DNA of 64,000 nt from Cyanobacteria bacterium auto_48_18 (lineage in GTDB: Bacteria; Cyanobacteriota; Vampirovibrionia; Obscuribacterales; Obscuribacteraceae). This document shows, one piece after another, positions 28,555 through 38,434 of the stretch. The notes under the pieces are model-generated. The model did not search any database, was not told where the DNA came from, and was given only the letters and a program-made list of their open reading frames with translations. The position numbers and the translations under genes are program-made. Where the stretch lies: positions 1 to 64,000 of the forward strand of contig JAVHQC010000004.1 in the NCBI GenBank assembly GCA_036170915.1, given 5' to 3'. Positions within the stretch are counted from its first letter, which is position 1. Every line of letters begins with the position of its first letter.

Positions 28555-29916
28555 TTAAACAGTAGCAGCATACCCCATTACCGACTGTAAGTGAGTATTG
28601 ACGCGCAGCTTTAGTTCAGCCTGTACCACTGGTGTGACGGCAAAGTCTGAGGCGCCGGCTTCAAAAATGTTGTGCCTGGTTACAGCTGTTAGCGTTTCAG
28701 TCAACATAATCACCGGCAGCTTTTGCCAGCGTGAATTGCAGCGAATCATACGGCACATATCCATTCCGCTTAAACCCGGCATTGCCATTTGCAAAAGCAC
28801 TACGTCTGGTTGAAAATCATCCATCACCGAAAAGGCTTCCATGGCGCCACTTACGGAGCGCACGATAATATTTTCAGCTTCAAGTACTGAAGTTATCGCG
28901 GTAGTATTCTCAAGAGAATAATCGACAATCAGAACGCGGGGCGCGGTTAATCTCGCACTGGGAGTCGAATCATGCAAATAAGTCTCAAACGTTGAAGGAA
29001 TGATTGCGGCTATTTCTTCAGCCACATAATGCTTGCAGCTATCAATATCTACTGAATTATCGACTAGATTTTGCTGTCCTCCTTGAAGCTCGTTGCGAGT
29101 CCAGATTGACGCCTGGTCTACGATCAAACTGATGGATTGCCATTTTTCATTTTTGTCAGTCAATTCTTCGTTGATCAAATCGTTAATCAGACATTCTAAT
29201 TTGCCACCGAATTCACTGAGTTCGGTAAAACCGAGTGAACCTGCCGTGCCTCGAATCTGGTGCGCTCGATTTGAGGCGATCGCCAGTAGACTAGCGTCTT
29301 TTTGCGCAGCAGCCATAATCATTTCCAGTCTCAATTGATCGAGAGTGTCAGGCAGTTCTGCGAGATACAGGGCGGCCAATTCAGCTATTGCATCGTCAGT
29401 TTCCTGTAGTGCCGAATCAGCACAAATACTTCTCTCGACGTTTTCTTGCACAAATTCGCATGAGCTGTTTTGAAAATCGGCCTCCGCTTCTTGCAAGTCA
29501 GCAAGCCTCTGCTCTTCGTCGGCAATTTGCTGTTCGTCAGGGAGGTTAGGCAAAAGTTCGGCAATAAGCTGTATAAAGCTGTCTTGCTGAATTGGTTTTT
29601 TGATAATCAAATCTACTTGGTAGACATTGCGCATTGAAGCAAATGTTTTTTGATCAATGCCTGAGCCTGAGCAAAATACAATCGGAAGTTTGTAGCCCTG
29701 TTCGCGCAAATTTTTAATGAATGAAGCACCGTCAACTCCAGGCATACGATAGTCAATTATTGCCAAGTCAGGACCCTGTGCCAGTGCCGAAATGGCGTCG
29801 GGAACGGTACGTGCTTCCAGTACTCGATAGCCTAATGGAGTTAAAAGACGAACAACCAGCGAGCGAAAGAACGCGTCATCATCGACAACGAGGATTGTTT
29901 GTTGCGCCTTGTACAT
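28555..29916 (-). CDS. REC-Hpt-pseudoREC phosphorelay protein
   Basis: Intact REC1 (VVDDD, IIDYRMP, KKP); Hpt AHQIRGTAGSLGF; REC2 has Gln at the phospho-Asp position (LLQMAMP). Confidence 0.85.
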   Translation of the reverse strand: MYKAQQTILVVDDDAFFRSLVVRLLTPLGYRVLEARTVPDAISALAQGPDLAIIDYRMPGVDGASFIKNLREQGYKLPIVFCSGSGIDQKTFASMRNVYQVDLIIKKPIQQDSFIQLIAELLPNLPDEQQIADEEQRLADLQEAEADFQNSSCEFVQENVERSICADSALQETDDAIAELAALYLAELPDTLDQLRLEMIMAAAQKDASLLAIASNRAHQIRGTAGSLGFTELSEFGGKLECLINDLINEELTDKNEKWQSISLIVDQASIWTRNELQGGQQNLVDNSVDIDSCKHYVAEEIAAIIPSTFETYLHDSTPSARLTAPRVLIVDYSLENTTAITSVLEAENIIVRSVSGAMEAFSVMDDFQPDVVLLQMAMPGLSGMDMCRMIRCNSRWQKLPVIMLTETLTAVTRHNIFEAGASDFAVTPVVQAELKLRVNTHLQSVMGYAATV

Positions 29917-29987
29917 TTGTTTATATTACCTGTCTTTTGTCGCTACCTACTTTCATCTTGACCGCTCGGCTATCAGCGCGCTATCCA

Positions 29988-30023
29988 CCGGGTGAGCGAC
30001 ATTAGATAATGTCTCTCACCCGG
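29988..30023. other. Strong intergenic hairpin without a U-tract
   Basis: CCGGGTGAG-C-GACATTA-GA-TAATGTC-T-CTCACCCGG. Confidence 0.6.
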
Positions 30024-30059
30024 CCGCACTCGTTTGGGGGATGGCCGTGTTACGTCCTA

Positions 30060-30743
30060 TTAAACCAGGCCGCTGCGCAATGCCTTGACTGCTGCTTGCG
30101 TGCGATCTGAAACCGCTAGCTTTTCCATCAGGTGACGCATGTGGGTCTTAACTGTTTCGGTGCTGAGCACGAGCTTTTGGGCGATTTCATTATTTGAGAG
30201 GCCTTCAACCACCAGTGTAAGCACCTCCAACTCGCGTTCAGAGAGTAAGGAATCGTTGGTGGGCGCTGGTATGGCTGGTTTTTGATCGACGAAAGCGCGA
30301 ATGACACGTTTGGCAATACTCGGATCGAGCCAGATGCCTCCGCTATTAACTGTACGGATAGCATTAACTATTTGGCCGGCATCAGCCCCTTTTAAACAGT
30401 AGCCATCACAATTTGCCGCTAGAGAAGCCAATACATCTTCATCATTGCTATGGGAAGTGACCATAATTACTCTAATGGCCGGAGATGTGGCCTTAATGGC
30501 TATGGCGGCGTCAATGCCGCTGATGCCGGGCAAATCGATATCCATCAAAATTACGTTAGGTTTTTCACGCAAGGCCATTGTCACAGCAACTTTGCCGTCA
30601 TCAGCCTCGGCAATCACCGCTATGTCATCAATTTCACATAGAGCAAAACGCAAACCCAGCCGTGTTATATGGTGATCTTCAACCAGCATCACTGTGATTG
30701 CACCATCTTTCGAATTTTGATTTTGCTGCTCGGCCTCGGGCAT
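30060..30743 (-). CDS. NarL/LuxR-family response regulator
   Basis: LVEDH, LMDIDLP; LSERELEVL...GLSNNEIA...TVKTH helix-turn-helix. Confidence 0.95.
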   Translation of the reverse strand: MPEAEQQNQNSKDGAITVMLVEDHHITRLGLRFALCEIDDIAVIAEADDGKVAVTMALREKPNVILMDIDLPGISGIDAAIAIKATSPAIRVIMVTSHSNDEDVLASLAANCDGYCLKGADAGQIVNAIRTVNSGGIWLDPSIAKRVIRAFVDQKPAIPAPTNDSLLSERELEVLTLVVEGLSNNEIAQKLVLSTETVKTHMRHLMEKLAVSDRTQAAVKALRSGLV

Positions 30744-30924
30744 GTTACTCGTTCCATAGGAGGATGGGACTTTTGTCGAGTCCCCCTTATTCTACTGACT
30801 AATCACTCTCTGGTGGTCGTTTTAATCACAAAGGGGGATAGCCGACCTATCGAGCTCGAGCTATGTTGGAAAAGACGGCAGTGAAATGCAGTCGGGGGGA
30901 AGGGAATCAGGGGGATTAAACTAA

Positions 30925-31194
30925 ATGTCACTAGACTTGAAAAAGTTACGCACAACAGATAGCAATCTGCCAAAGAGTTTTTTATTCTTTGAGCGTTTGA
31001 AGTTTAATTTGTTGAACAAGCTCGCTTCAGAGTCAGACTTTGGAAAAGTTGAAACAGTAACTATTACACCAGCAGCCACTGCCGGTAGTGACGCACAAGC
31101 TGTTGCGGTTAAAGCGGAAAAATCAATGGGCCGCGCGCGTGTGACCGCCACGAGGCTGGTCGCTTTAAAAACCTATTTAGACGAGCCTGCTTGA
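30925..31194 (+). CDS. Possible small hypothetical protein
   Basis: 89-aa ORF with a G-rich RBS-like run, filling an otherwise empty gap; overlaps the convergent TPR gene by 22 bp. Confidence 0.35.
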   Translation: MSLDLKKLRTTDSNLPKSFLFFERLKFNLLNKLASESDFGKVETVTITPAATAGSDAQAVAVKAEKSMGRARVTATRLVALKTYLDEPA

Positions 31195-32099
31195 GTACCT
31201 TTTTTTGCGCGTGATTCCATTTTTGTTGCTTCGTCAGTCAGTCCGGTTTTGCGTAAAAGCACCGCATAGGCTTTTAAACATCCTGCCAGAGCTGCCGGAT
31301 CGCTTTTGGCATTTGCTTCGCGAATCGCTAAAGCTTGTTTGTATTCTGATTGCGCCTTTTTATATTTGCCGAGTTTAGTTTGTAAGTCGGCCAGGCCCTC
31401 CCGGGCGGTGGCAACTTTGGGGTCGCCTGGGCCGGCTGAACTTTCTCTGGCAGTCACTAGTTTTTCGTAGACTGGCACGGCCATTTCTAATTTGTTGTTA
31501 GCTACAAATGCAGCTGCCAAATTTTCTAGTGACTTTGCTGTTTTAGGATGGTTCGACCCGAGCGCTTTTTGTCTGATGTCTAGCACTCTTGTGTAAATAG
31601 GTACTGCGTCCGCATTTTTACCGGATTTTCGATAAACGTCTGCCAGGCTGTTTAAAGTGTCGGCTAAATCAGGGGTGTCGGCGGCTACTTTTTCTCTGAT
31701 TTTCATCGCTCTAATCAAGAGTGGCTCAGCTTCGCTGTAGCGTTTATTGTGGCGATAGAGATCGCCTAAACCATGCAGCGCTGAAGCGACTTGAATAGCC
31801 TCGGCACCATACGATTTTTCGTAAATGGCTAAGGCTTCTTTGTAGTATTTTTCCGACTGGACCAGATTATTTTTCTTGTCATAGAGCAAACCGAGGTCAA
31901 GCAAAGTGGTGGCATAGTTACCGTAACGATTGCCGCTTTTCTCAGCCTTGGCTTTAGCAGCGGTGAGCGATTTTTCGGCCAGGGCGTAATCGCCGTCGTG
32001 CAAAGCGGCCACAGCGGTTTTGTGCAAATCGTCCCAGCTTTCGGCCAGCGCGGCTGGTGAAAGCAAGAAAAAGACCGTAAGTAAAAGCCAGAAATGCAT
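31173..32099 (-). CDS. Exported TPR protein (kinesin-light-chain-like 42-aa repeats)
   Basis: Signal peptide ALA; repeats such as ASALHGLGDLY...AEPLLIRAMKIREK and HPKTAKSLENLA. Confidence 0.9.
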   Translation of the reverse strand: MHFWLLLTVFFLLSPAALAESWDDLHKTAVAALHDGDYALAEKSLTAAKAKAEKSGNRYGNYATTLLDLGLLYDKKNNLVQSEKYYKEALAIYEKSYGAEAIQVASALHGLGDLYRHNKRYSEAEPLLIRAMKIREKVAADTPDLADTLNSLADVYRKSGKNADAVPIYTRVLDIRQKALGSNHPKTAKSLENLAAAFVANNKLEMAVPVYEKLVTARESSAGPGDPKVATAREGLADLQTKLGKYKKAQSEYKQALAIREANAKSDPAALAGCLKAYAVLLRKTGLTDEATKMESRAKKGTQAGSSK

Positions 32100-32209
32100 T
32101 GTTATTTATCTCGATCACCGAAGAGCTAAAATTATCGTCTATTGGCTTGGTTTTAAGTAAAATTGTTCGTTCAAATTGACTTATTGGTCAGGTAGCTTAA
32201 TGGAGCATT

Positions 32210-32710
32210 ATGACTGAACTGGTAAAAGGCTTGCATCCACTGGTGGACGCGGCGTTGAAGGATCGCGGTATTGTCTACGAGGTTTTCGACTGTGACCCTG
32301 ACTTTGCCGACACAGCCTTGTTTTGCCAACAGTACGGTTTTCTGCCCGAACAATCTGCCAACGCCATAATCGCGGCCACAAAGGTTGAACCGATTAAATT
32401 TGCTTGCTGCATCGTGCTTGCCAATACTAAATTAGATGTCAATAAAAAGGTGTCGAAATTATTGGGCGCGAAAAAAGTTTCTTTTGCATCAGCAGAGCAA
32501 ACTATGCAGTTGACAGGAATGCAGATTGGCGGGGTCACACCTTTCGGTTTGCCGCAACTGCCGATTTATATAGATGCGAAGGTGATGGCAAGCCCGCATA
32601 AAGTAGTTCTAGGTGGTGGAAACCGGGTCAGCAAGGTGGTTTTACCGGCTCAAGAACTATTGAAATTAGCAAACGTAGAAGTGATAGACGACTTGGCTAT
32701 CTCAAAGTAA
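32210..32710 (+). CDS. YbaK/EbsC family aminoacyl-tRNA editing domain protein
   Basis: SFASAE, TGMQIGGVTPFG, LGGGNR. Confidence 0.88.
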   Translation: MTELVKGLHPLVDAALKDRGIVYEVFDCDPDFADTALFCQQYGFLPEQSANAIIAATKVEPIKFACCIVLANTKLDVNKKVSKLLGAKKVSFASAEQTMQLTGMQIGGVTPFGLPQLPIYIDAKVMASPHKVVLGGGNRVSKVVLPAQELLKLANVEVIDDLAISK

Positions 32711-32752
32711 CTTGTCAGGTCATTACAAAACGAAACTGTCAACAATTGATTT

Positions 32753-32778
32753 GGAACTTCTCACAGATGACTCAGTCT
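32753..32778 (+). promoter_or_regulatory. ECF-sigma-type promoter GGAAC-N17-GTCT
   Basis: Exact spacing; upstream of the 32857 gene; motif recurs at six other sites. Confidence 0.65.
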
Positions 32779-32856
32779 CCGTGACTGACTGAGTGAAAAT
32801 TTTATTCACTCTGCAAGGTTTCAAGGTCTGAAAGCATTTACATGGAGAGAGTCAAC

Positions 32857-33654
32857 ATGCGTCGCACGCAAGCATACATTTACACATTACTGGCTGGCTG
32901 TTTAGCATTATCAGGCTCACTTGCCGTTAATGCCGACACCACACAAATTACAACTACCACTACAACTCGCAACAACCTTCCAGCATATGTATTTGCTCCA
33001 AGCAGTTCATATTTTGTTGTTGACCCAATTACCGGCGTGACCCAGGGCAATTACGATCTTACGAGTCATCTTGTCAATGGCCAGCCTTTGAGAAATGGCT
33101 GGGTAATTGTTGATAACAACACTCGCGCAATGGTCGCTACCGTAGATTCTTACGGCAATATCGTCGATGTCTCTTTAGCTCCTGCTGATCAAACTATGCT
33201 GGTCACCTTTGACTCACGTAGAAAAGATTTGGAATTGCAAATCGCCGAAGCGCAAGCAAAAGGCCGTCTGGCTGCTGCTCAAGCCGAAGCACTGCGTCTG
33301 CAGTTGTCTGCCGTTCCTGTATATGATCCTTCCAGCACAGTTACGTACAGCCGTGCCATCCAATATGGTTCCGGTCTAAATGCAGTGTCAAGCCGCTTGA
33401 TGCCACTGACGCAGAAGAATTACAGCAGTGTTATTGCACCGCAATTTGTCACCATTGACGGCAAACTTACAGTTGCAGACGATATGACCTACAAGAAAGT
33501 TCAATTAACCCGTCGCATCGAAGACGAATACGGATATGGCCGCATCAGCAAAGAGCAGATGGAGAGATTCAAATCTGATTTGGATTCTACGACTGCTTTG
33601 AACGACATCAATAATCTGCAAGTCAGACTTGATAGCGCCATTGTCATCAAATAG
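32857..33654 (+). CDS. Exported hypothetical protein, paralog of 56993-57892
   Basis: Signal peptide, poly-Thr, YFVVDPITG, RRIEDEY..GRIS; ATG at 32857 follows GGAGAG. Confidence 0.75.
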   Translation: MRRTQAYIYTLLAGCLALSGSLAVNADTTQITTTTTTRNNLPAYVFAPSSSYFVVDPITGVTQGNYDLTSHLVNGQPLRNGWVIVDNNTRAMVATVDSYGNIVDVSLAPADQTMLVTFDSRRKDLELQIAEAQAKGRLAAAQAEALRLQLSAVPVYDPSSTVTYSRAIQYGSGLNAVSSRLMPLTQKNYSSVIAPQFVTIDGKLTVADDMTYKKVQLTRRIEDEYGYGRISKEQMERFKSDLDSTTALNDINNLQVRLDSAIVIK

Positions 33655-33684
33655 GCATTGACCACGACTTATGAGGAATCAGTT

Positions 33685-34101
33685 ATGAATCGATTAATCG
33701 TGATCTGTACCATGCTGTTGTGCAGCTTATTTTTAAACGCTTTTACCGGCGGTGTCATGGCGCAAACAACGCCTGAAATCGCTAAAGGAAATTGTGATTC
33801 GTGCGCAAACTTCTGCGCTAAGACTCTCAATTATTGCGTTAAGAAAAAGGGCAACTTCGGCAAGGTTTCTGTAACCAATGCTTTGAAAGATTGCATCACC
33901 GCTTGCAAATCAGCTTCCGAATTTATCGGCCGAAATAGCTCTTATCAAAAGAAAGCTGCTGCTCTGGCAATAGAAGCTTGCAATGAGTGCATCAAGGCTT
34001 GCGGAGGAACACAAGTAAGCGCTGATGTCAACATGAAGGCTTGTGCTGATGAATGTCGAAAATGTGCAGGAAACCTTGAGAAAGTAGCTAAGGCTGAGTA
34101 A
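33685..34101 (+). CDS. Cys-rich four-helix-bundle protein (copper storage protein Csp/DUF326-like), exported
   Basis: 12 Cys in CxxC/CxxxC spacing in the mature part; signal peptide ending VMA-Q; ATG follows GAGGA. Confidence 0.75.
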   Translation: MNRLIVICTMLLCSLFLNAFTGGVMAQTTPEIAKGNCDSCANFCAKTLNYCVKKKGNFGKVSVTNALKDCITACKSASEFIGRNSSYQKKAAALAIEACNECIKACGGTQVSADVNMKACADECRKCAGNLEKVAKAE

Positions 34102-34141
34102 TTAGCTGTGGCTGACTAATTAGCTCATAGTTCAACATGTC

Positions 34142-34197
34142 AATGGATGGATACTTAGTGGTGAAGAATTTTTTCTTCCCACTAATTTCCATCCATT
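34142..34197. terminator. Long imperfect hairpin, terminator or leader structure
   Basis: AATGGATGGA..TTAGTGG.GAAGAA pairs with TTCTTC.CCACTAA..TCCATCCATT. Confidence 0.5.
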
Positions 34198-34212
34198 TGT
34201 CGTTTAGGAATT

Positions 34213-35661
34213 ATGAAACACACAAAAATAGCTTTGCTTGGACTTTTTTCTATAGTTTCGCTTTCTGCGTGTGATGGCGACCAGCATATAACTTGGACTC
34301 CGGACGGCAAACGCATGGCGGTGACAGGCTCGTCACTAAGAGTCGCTGATGCCGATGGCGCACTGTCTAAAAGTTTGATGCCTGGTGTGGATTCTTGTCA
34401 GTGGTTCGCCGACGGTCATCATGCTTTATTGAAGCGACATCGAGCAGAGAAAAATTGGACTGCTCTGGCTCCATTGCTTTCACCAGCCGAGCGCAAGCAA
34501 GCAATTTTATTAGCGGAACGGCTGCGTACAGGCCACGGCACCATCAAAAGTTTCGAAAAGCAAAACCCACATGCGGATAACAGTGGCGGTGCCGCATTAG
34601 TTTATATCAATACCAAATACGGTGCCAAGGCACTCTCAGCCACTTTTCGTAACTGGCAAATTCCTCCAAAAGATTCAAAATTTTCAGGAGAAGAAATAAC
34701 GACCCTTCAAATTGTGGACATTGCTGGCGGCGACGATTTGAGTAATTGCAAACTTACGCCTGGTAAGGTCATTTTTGAAAGTCGTAAATGGGCTATTGAT
34801 AAGGTCATGCTTTCACCTGACGGTAAGTTTGTTGCTTTTACAAGATCAATTGGTGCAAAACACCAAACCGAGGTCATGTCGGTCAACAGTGGTGTCGTGG
34901 CAAAACTAGTTCTACTAGAGCGCGATGCTTTTCCCGCGGCCTGGTCCAATGACAGCAAGTCGCTAGTAGTGGTGGAACTTCCAGACTCCAAGAACATGTT
35001 GCCCTCGTCCCATTACTATCCGTTATCAGCTTTAGACAAAGTCAAAGTTGTCGATGACAATGGCAAGATGTTACCGGCCTTAAAAATTGATAGCGGAATT
35101 TGCACTATGTTTCTTACTAATGGTGTGCACGTTGATACAATGCCCGATGGCAAAATACTGTTCTGCGGAATAGCCATCACGTTTCCATCTGTGGGTATGG
35201 GCAACCGCGGCAAAGAATCATTATTCATACTTGATGCCGTGAGAAAAACCATTGAAACAGTTCCTTTAGAAGACGCTAGTCTAGCTGATAGTCTACATAC
35301 TTTTGTTCTCAATCAAGACGGCACCAAGGTCGCGGTGGTGACCGAAAAGAAAGCAATCTATGTACTTGATTTGCCTTCAGGCAAATCTACCTTAATAGAA
35401 AAACCCAACGAAGCTGGCTTAGCCTTCCAACCCAATTGGCGCAGCGCCACCGAGCTTTGTCATCCGCTGCATTACAGCGCATCTGAAAAGCAGAGCAATG
35501 GTAATGACCACGATTATGCGGTGGCCTTAACTAAAGTGCCCTCTGATTTGTCTACATCACCATCAGATGCTGTTCCGCTAAGTGCAAAGTGGCCAGCTAG
35601 TGAGATTGATTTTTTAAGGGGAAGAAAAGACAGTTACATGCCGACCAAAAAGCAGAGGTGA
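34213..35661 (+). CDS. Lipoprotein with TolB/PD40-like beta-propeller repeats
   Basis: LSAC lipobox; WTPDGK, WFADG, LSPDGK, WSNDSK, NQDGTK repeats. Confidence 0.8.
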   Translation: MKHTKIALLGLFSIVSLSACDGDQHITWTPDGKRMAVTGSSLRVADADGALSKSLMPGVDSCQWFADGHHALLKRHRAEKNWTALAPLLSPAERKQAILLAERLRTGHGTIKSFEKQNPHADNSGGAALVYINTKYGAKALSATFRNWQIPPKDSKFSGEEITTLQIVDIAGGDDLSNCKLTPGKVIFESRKWAIDKVMLSPDGKFVAFTRSIGAKHQTEVMSVNSGVVAKLVLLERDAFPAAWSNDSKSLVVVELPDSKNMLPSSHYYPLSALDKVKVVDDNGKMLPALKIDSGICTMFLTNGVHVDTMPDGKILFCGIAITFPSVGMGNRGKESLFILDAVRKTIETVPLEDASLADSLHTFVLNQDGTKVAVVTEKKAIYVLDLPSGKSTLIEKPNEAGLAFQPNWRSATELCHPLHYSASEKQSNGNDHDYAVALTKVPSDLSTSPSDAVPLSAKWPASEIDFLRGRKDSYMPTKKQR

Positions 35662-35671
35662 AATACCTAGC

Positions 35672-36629
35672 GTGCGGCCAGCTTTCTATTTTTCGATTTT
35701 GCTATTGCTCGTGTTGTCTGTTACACGTCCGGCACTCGCTGCCGAAAGTAATGCAGAAGAGCACCTCTCCCTGGACGATGCGCGCCAGTATATGCTCACT
35801 CTGATAAACCGAGATCGCGCTGCTCACAATTTAGCACCGGTGGTTCTAGATCCGATCGCCTCGCAAGCTGGTCAAGTGCATACCGAAGATATGGTGCTCA
35901 ACAATCACTCCGGGCATTATGATGTGAACGGCAAAAAACCATGGCAACGTTATACCGAGGCTGGCGGTTCTGGTTATGTATCAGAGAATGCCTTTTGGTC
36001 GTGGTTTACCGAAAATGACGATGGCAGGCCTGAGAGTGGGAATACAGAAAAAGTCTTTGCACTACCAGCGGTGCAAAGCTTTAATAAAGGCGCGTTTGAA
36101 GAAGCTGAATCTTCTTATTATAACGAGGTGCCTCCTAATGATGGCCACCGACTCAATATTCTTGACCCGGGACATACTGGCGTTGGCATTGCCTTTACCA
36201 TGGGCAGCGATGGGAGCAGATTTCGCTTTGCCAATACTCAAGAATTTACCGACAATTATGGCCGCTATACCAATTTGCCAGCAGATTTAAATCGGCCATT
36301 TTATGTAGGGGGAGTGCTTGCGGACGGCTGGGCCGTGCAGTGTATTTCCATTTTGTGGGAGCGCGCACCTGAGCCATTAATGCCTGAAGCGATTGAAAAA
36401 AATGGAGTCATACAAGCACCCCGGCAAATCGCTCGGCGATTACTTCGCTGTGGCGTGGGCTAAACAGCCGATTGAGGTCAGGACGATCAATGGCAGCCAG
36501 CAACAATTTCGTGTACTGATTACGCCCCAGAAAAACTGGAAGCCGGGTCTCTACTATGTCGACGTTCGCGCCCAGCGTAATGGTCAAAAACCAGTCTTAA
36601 TTTCACGCAGGACTATAAGTTGTAAATAG
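35672..36629 (+). pseudogene. CAP/SCP domain exported protein interrupted by a frameshift in an A7 run
   Basis: LINRDR, HTEDM, SENA, GHRLNIL, GVGIA; deleting one A at 36396-36402 joins the 36393-36629 frame (IEKMESYKHP...). Confidence 0.7.
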
Positions 36630-36662
36630 CGCGCCAGGCGTCCTTTGGGTCGTAAATGGAAC

Positions 36663-36720
36663 TCAGATTGATATCAATCTAGTTATGAAGTTGGAAAATC
36701 AGATTGATATCAATCTAGTT
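36663..36720. repeat. Tandem pair of the 16-bp palindrome AGATTGATATCAATCT (locus 1)
   Basis: Copies at 36665-36680 and 36701-36716, each within TCAGATTGATATCAATCTAGTT. Confidence 0.92.
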
Positions 36721-36778
36721 TTTATTCGAACCCCTGCCGCCTCACTGGGTCAGCCTCTAAGCCCTTCCAGCCCAACGA

Positions 36779-36807
36779 AAAGTCCCGAATGTCAAATTCG
36801 AGACTTT
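36779..36807. terminator. Bidirectional intrinsic terminator-like hairpin
   Basis: AAAGTCCCGAAT / ATTCGAGACTTT between convergent genes. Confidence 0.55.
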
Positions 36808-36853
36808 ATATAGTCTAAAAACACACTTTTCGTTCGGTTGCAAGGAATCAGAT

Positions 36854-37513
36854 TTAAGACGTAGCCTCTATGGCATCTCGGGTGAGATTGGCCCTTTGTT
36901 CTACTGTTGCCGCTTCGTCCGTTTTATCTTGCCCGGCTAAAGCAGCTGCCAGTTTGTGTCGAGCGGAAGCAACCTCGGCATGATCGGCTCCCAGCAGATT
37001 TTCAAGGCCCGAAATCAATATTCTGTAGTGGTTTTCAGCTTCTTCAAAAGACCCCTGTAAGAGTAATTCGTCGGCTGTTTCCAGTACGCTCTTTACGGCT
37101 TTAAGTGTCCTCTCGGCGCGGTCAACAATATATGGATTCTCATCGTTTTTGAGCGATTCTAAAATTTCAAGCGGCGTGTTGGCATTGCCAGCCAGTTCAA
37201 ATCTCACATCTGGATGCTCGTCGTGAGCCAGCGCATCTAGAACTTCACCTGGTGTATTTGGATTTTTTGAGACCGCTGAACGAACTTCATGGGCGTTGTG
37301 GGTTGCTAGTTTTTGCAGTGTGCTTACAGGTACTTGGGCGTTTTCTGCCACGCGGGCAGTTACATCTGTATTGCCCCTGTCGGCCAACTTTTCCAGCACT
37401 GCGGGTTTAGCGTCAGGATTAGAGGCTAATCTCTGCTTAGCTTGCGTATGGGCACCTGGTTTGCTGCACTCTTCTGCATTCTGATGACCGCAAGCATTTT
37501 CTTCATCTGGCAT
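36854..37513 (-). CDS. LRV/HEAT-like repeat protein with a C-terminal TPR
   Basis: Repeats A.NP.TP..VL..LA.D...VR; GADHAEVASARHKLA. Confidence 0.8.
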   Translation of the reverse strand: MPDEENACGHQNAEECSKPGAHTQAKQRLASNPDAKPAVLEKLADRGNTDVTARVAENAQVPVSTLQKLATHNAHEVRSAVSKNPNTPGEVLDALAHDEHPDVRFELAGNANTPLEILESLKNDENPYIVDRAERTLKAVKSVLETADELLLQGSFEEAENHYRILISGLENLLGADHAEVASARHKLAAALAGQDKTDEAATVEQRANLTRDAIEATS

Positions 37514-37538
37514 AACTTTTCTCCCGTATTTCTTGCAT

Positions 37539-37564
37539 CGACGGGAGGGCAGATTAAAGGTTCC
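37539..37564 (-). promoter_or_regulatory. ECF-sigma-type promoter GGAAC-N17-GTCG
   Basis: Minus strand, about 25 bp before the ATG at 37513. Confidence 0.6.
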
Positions 37565-37581
37565 AACTCTACTGTAAACAA

Positions 37582-38352
37582 TTATTCATCGACTATTTCA
37601 GCGTCTACCACTGTCAGGTCAGTTTTCTTTTCTTTGTCACTAACAATCATAGGGACGTTGCCATCCACGACTATTTTGGGCTGCTTATCGCCGATTAACT
37701 TTGTATCGGTCATTTTGGCTTTGAGGGCTGCCAGTTCGTCGTCCAGATCAAGACCTTTGGCGGCATCGTCGAAATGCTTTTCTGTTGTCGTGCCGCTCAT
37801 TTCTTTCAATGCTTCGTTTTTAAATTCCTTCTCGCGAATTTTGTCTTCCCATTTGTCCATGCTCGAGCCACCACCAGCAGGGCCGCCATTAATTAGTTCA
37901 TTGGCTTTAGCCACACCGTCGGCTGCTTTTGTTCTAGCCAACATAGATTGTTTTTTGATTTTAAAATCTCGATATTCTTCTTCGAGCTCATTCATTCTTT
38001 GTTTGAGGGCGGTGGTGGCTTTTTTCTGCTCACTAATCTGTACTGTGAGCGTGTCCACATTCTCTTTAAAATCTTTTTTCTTAGCAATGCACTGGCGTGC
38101 CAGGTCGTCATTATTCTGCTCCACGGCCATAACCGCTCGCTTTTCCCACATTGCTAGTTCGTCGCTGTTTTTTTGCAGCTGACCTTCCATCATTTTTTCA
38201 TTGGTCAGAGCAGCGGTCACGGCTTCTTTAACTTTCTTAAGGCCGCTTTCCAACTCCATCTGTGCTTGCTCGGCCAGAATGGTTGGCGTCTCCATTTTGC
38301 TCACACCCTGGTTGAGCATGCCTTTGATTACGTTTTTCAATCGGTCAAGCAT
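37582..38352 (-). CDS. pspa: PspA/IM30 family protein
   Basis: MLDRLKNVIKG, ETP.ILAEQ, WEKRAVMAV..NNDDLAR, DDELAALKAKM. Confidence 0.9.
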   Translation of the reverse strand: MLDRLKNVIKGMLNQGVSKMETPTILAEQAQMELESGLKKVKEAVTAALTNEKMMEGQLQKNSDELAMWEKRAVMAVEQNNDDLARQCIAKKKDFKENVDTLTVQISEQKKATTALKQRMNELEEEYRDFKIKKQSMLARTKAADGVAKANELINGGPAGGGSSMDKWEDKIREKEFKNEALKEMSGTTTEKHFDDAAKGLDLDDELAALKAKMTDTKLIGDKQPKIVVDGNVPMIVSDKEKKTDLTVVDAEIVDE

Positions 38353-38434
38353 TTTTAATTCCTACCTTAGCGGCGCCTGTTAGCTGCCCACCCATAATAC
38401 CCCCGGAGCTCCAGTTTGTAACCGACCGGCCCAG

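Noticed and set aside
30776..30846. TCCCCCTT/AAGGGGGA inverted repeat upstream of the NarL gene
   Set aside because: Only 8 bp of perfect pairing with a long loop; insufficient support for a structured RNA
36663..36720. Palindrome pairs as a mini-CRISPR array
   Set aside because: Only two copies per locus, intervening sequences of 17-20 bp that resemble each other, and no cas genes
37442..38182. 246-aa plus-strand ORF and similar long antisense ORFs (7561, 18828, 41504, 59199)
   Set aside because: Shadows of well-supported opposite-strand genes, with no motifs of their own
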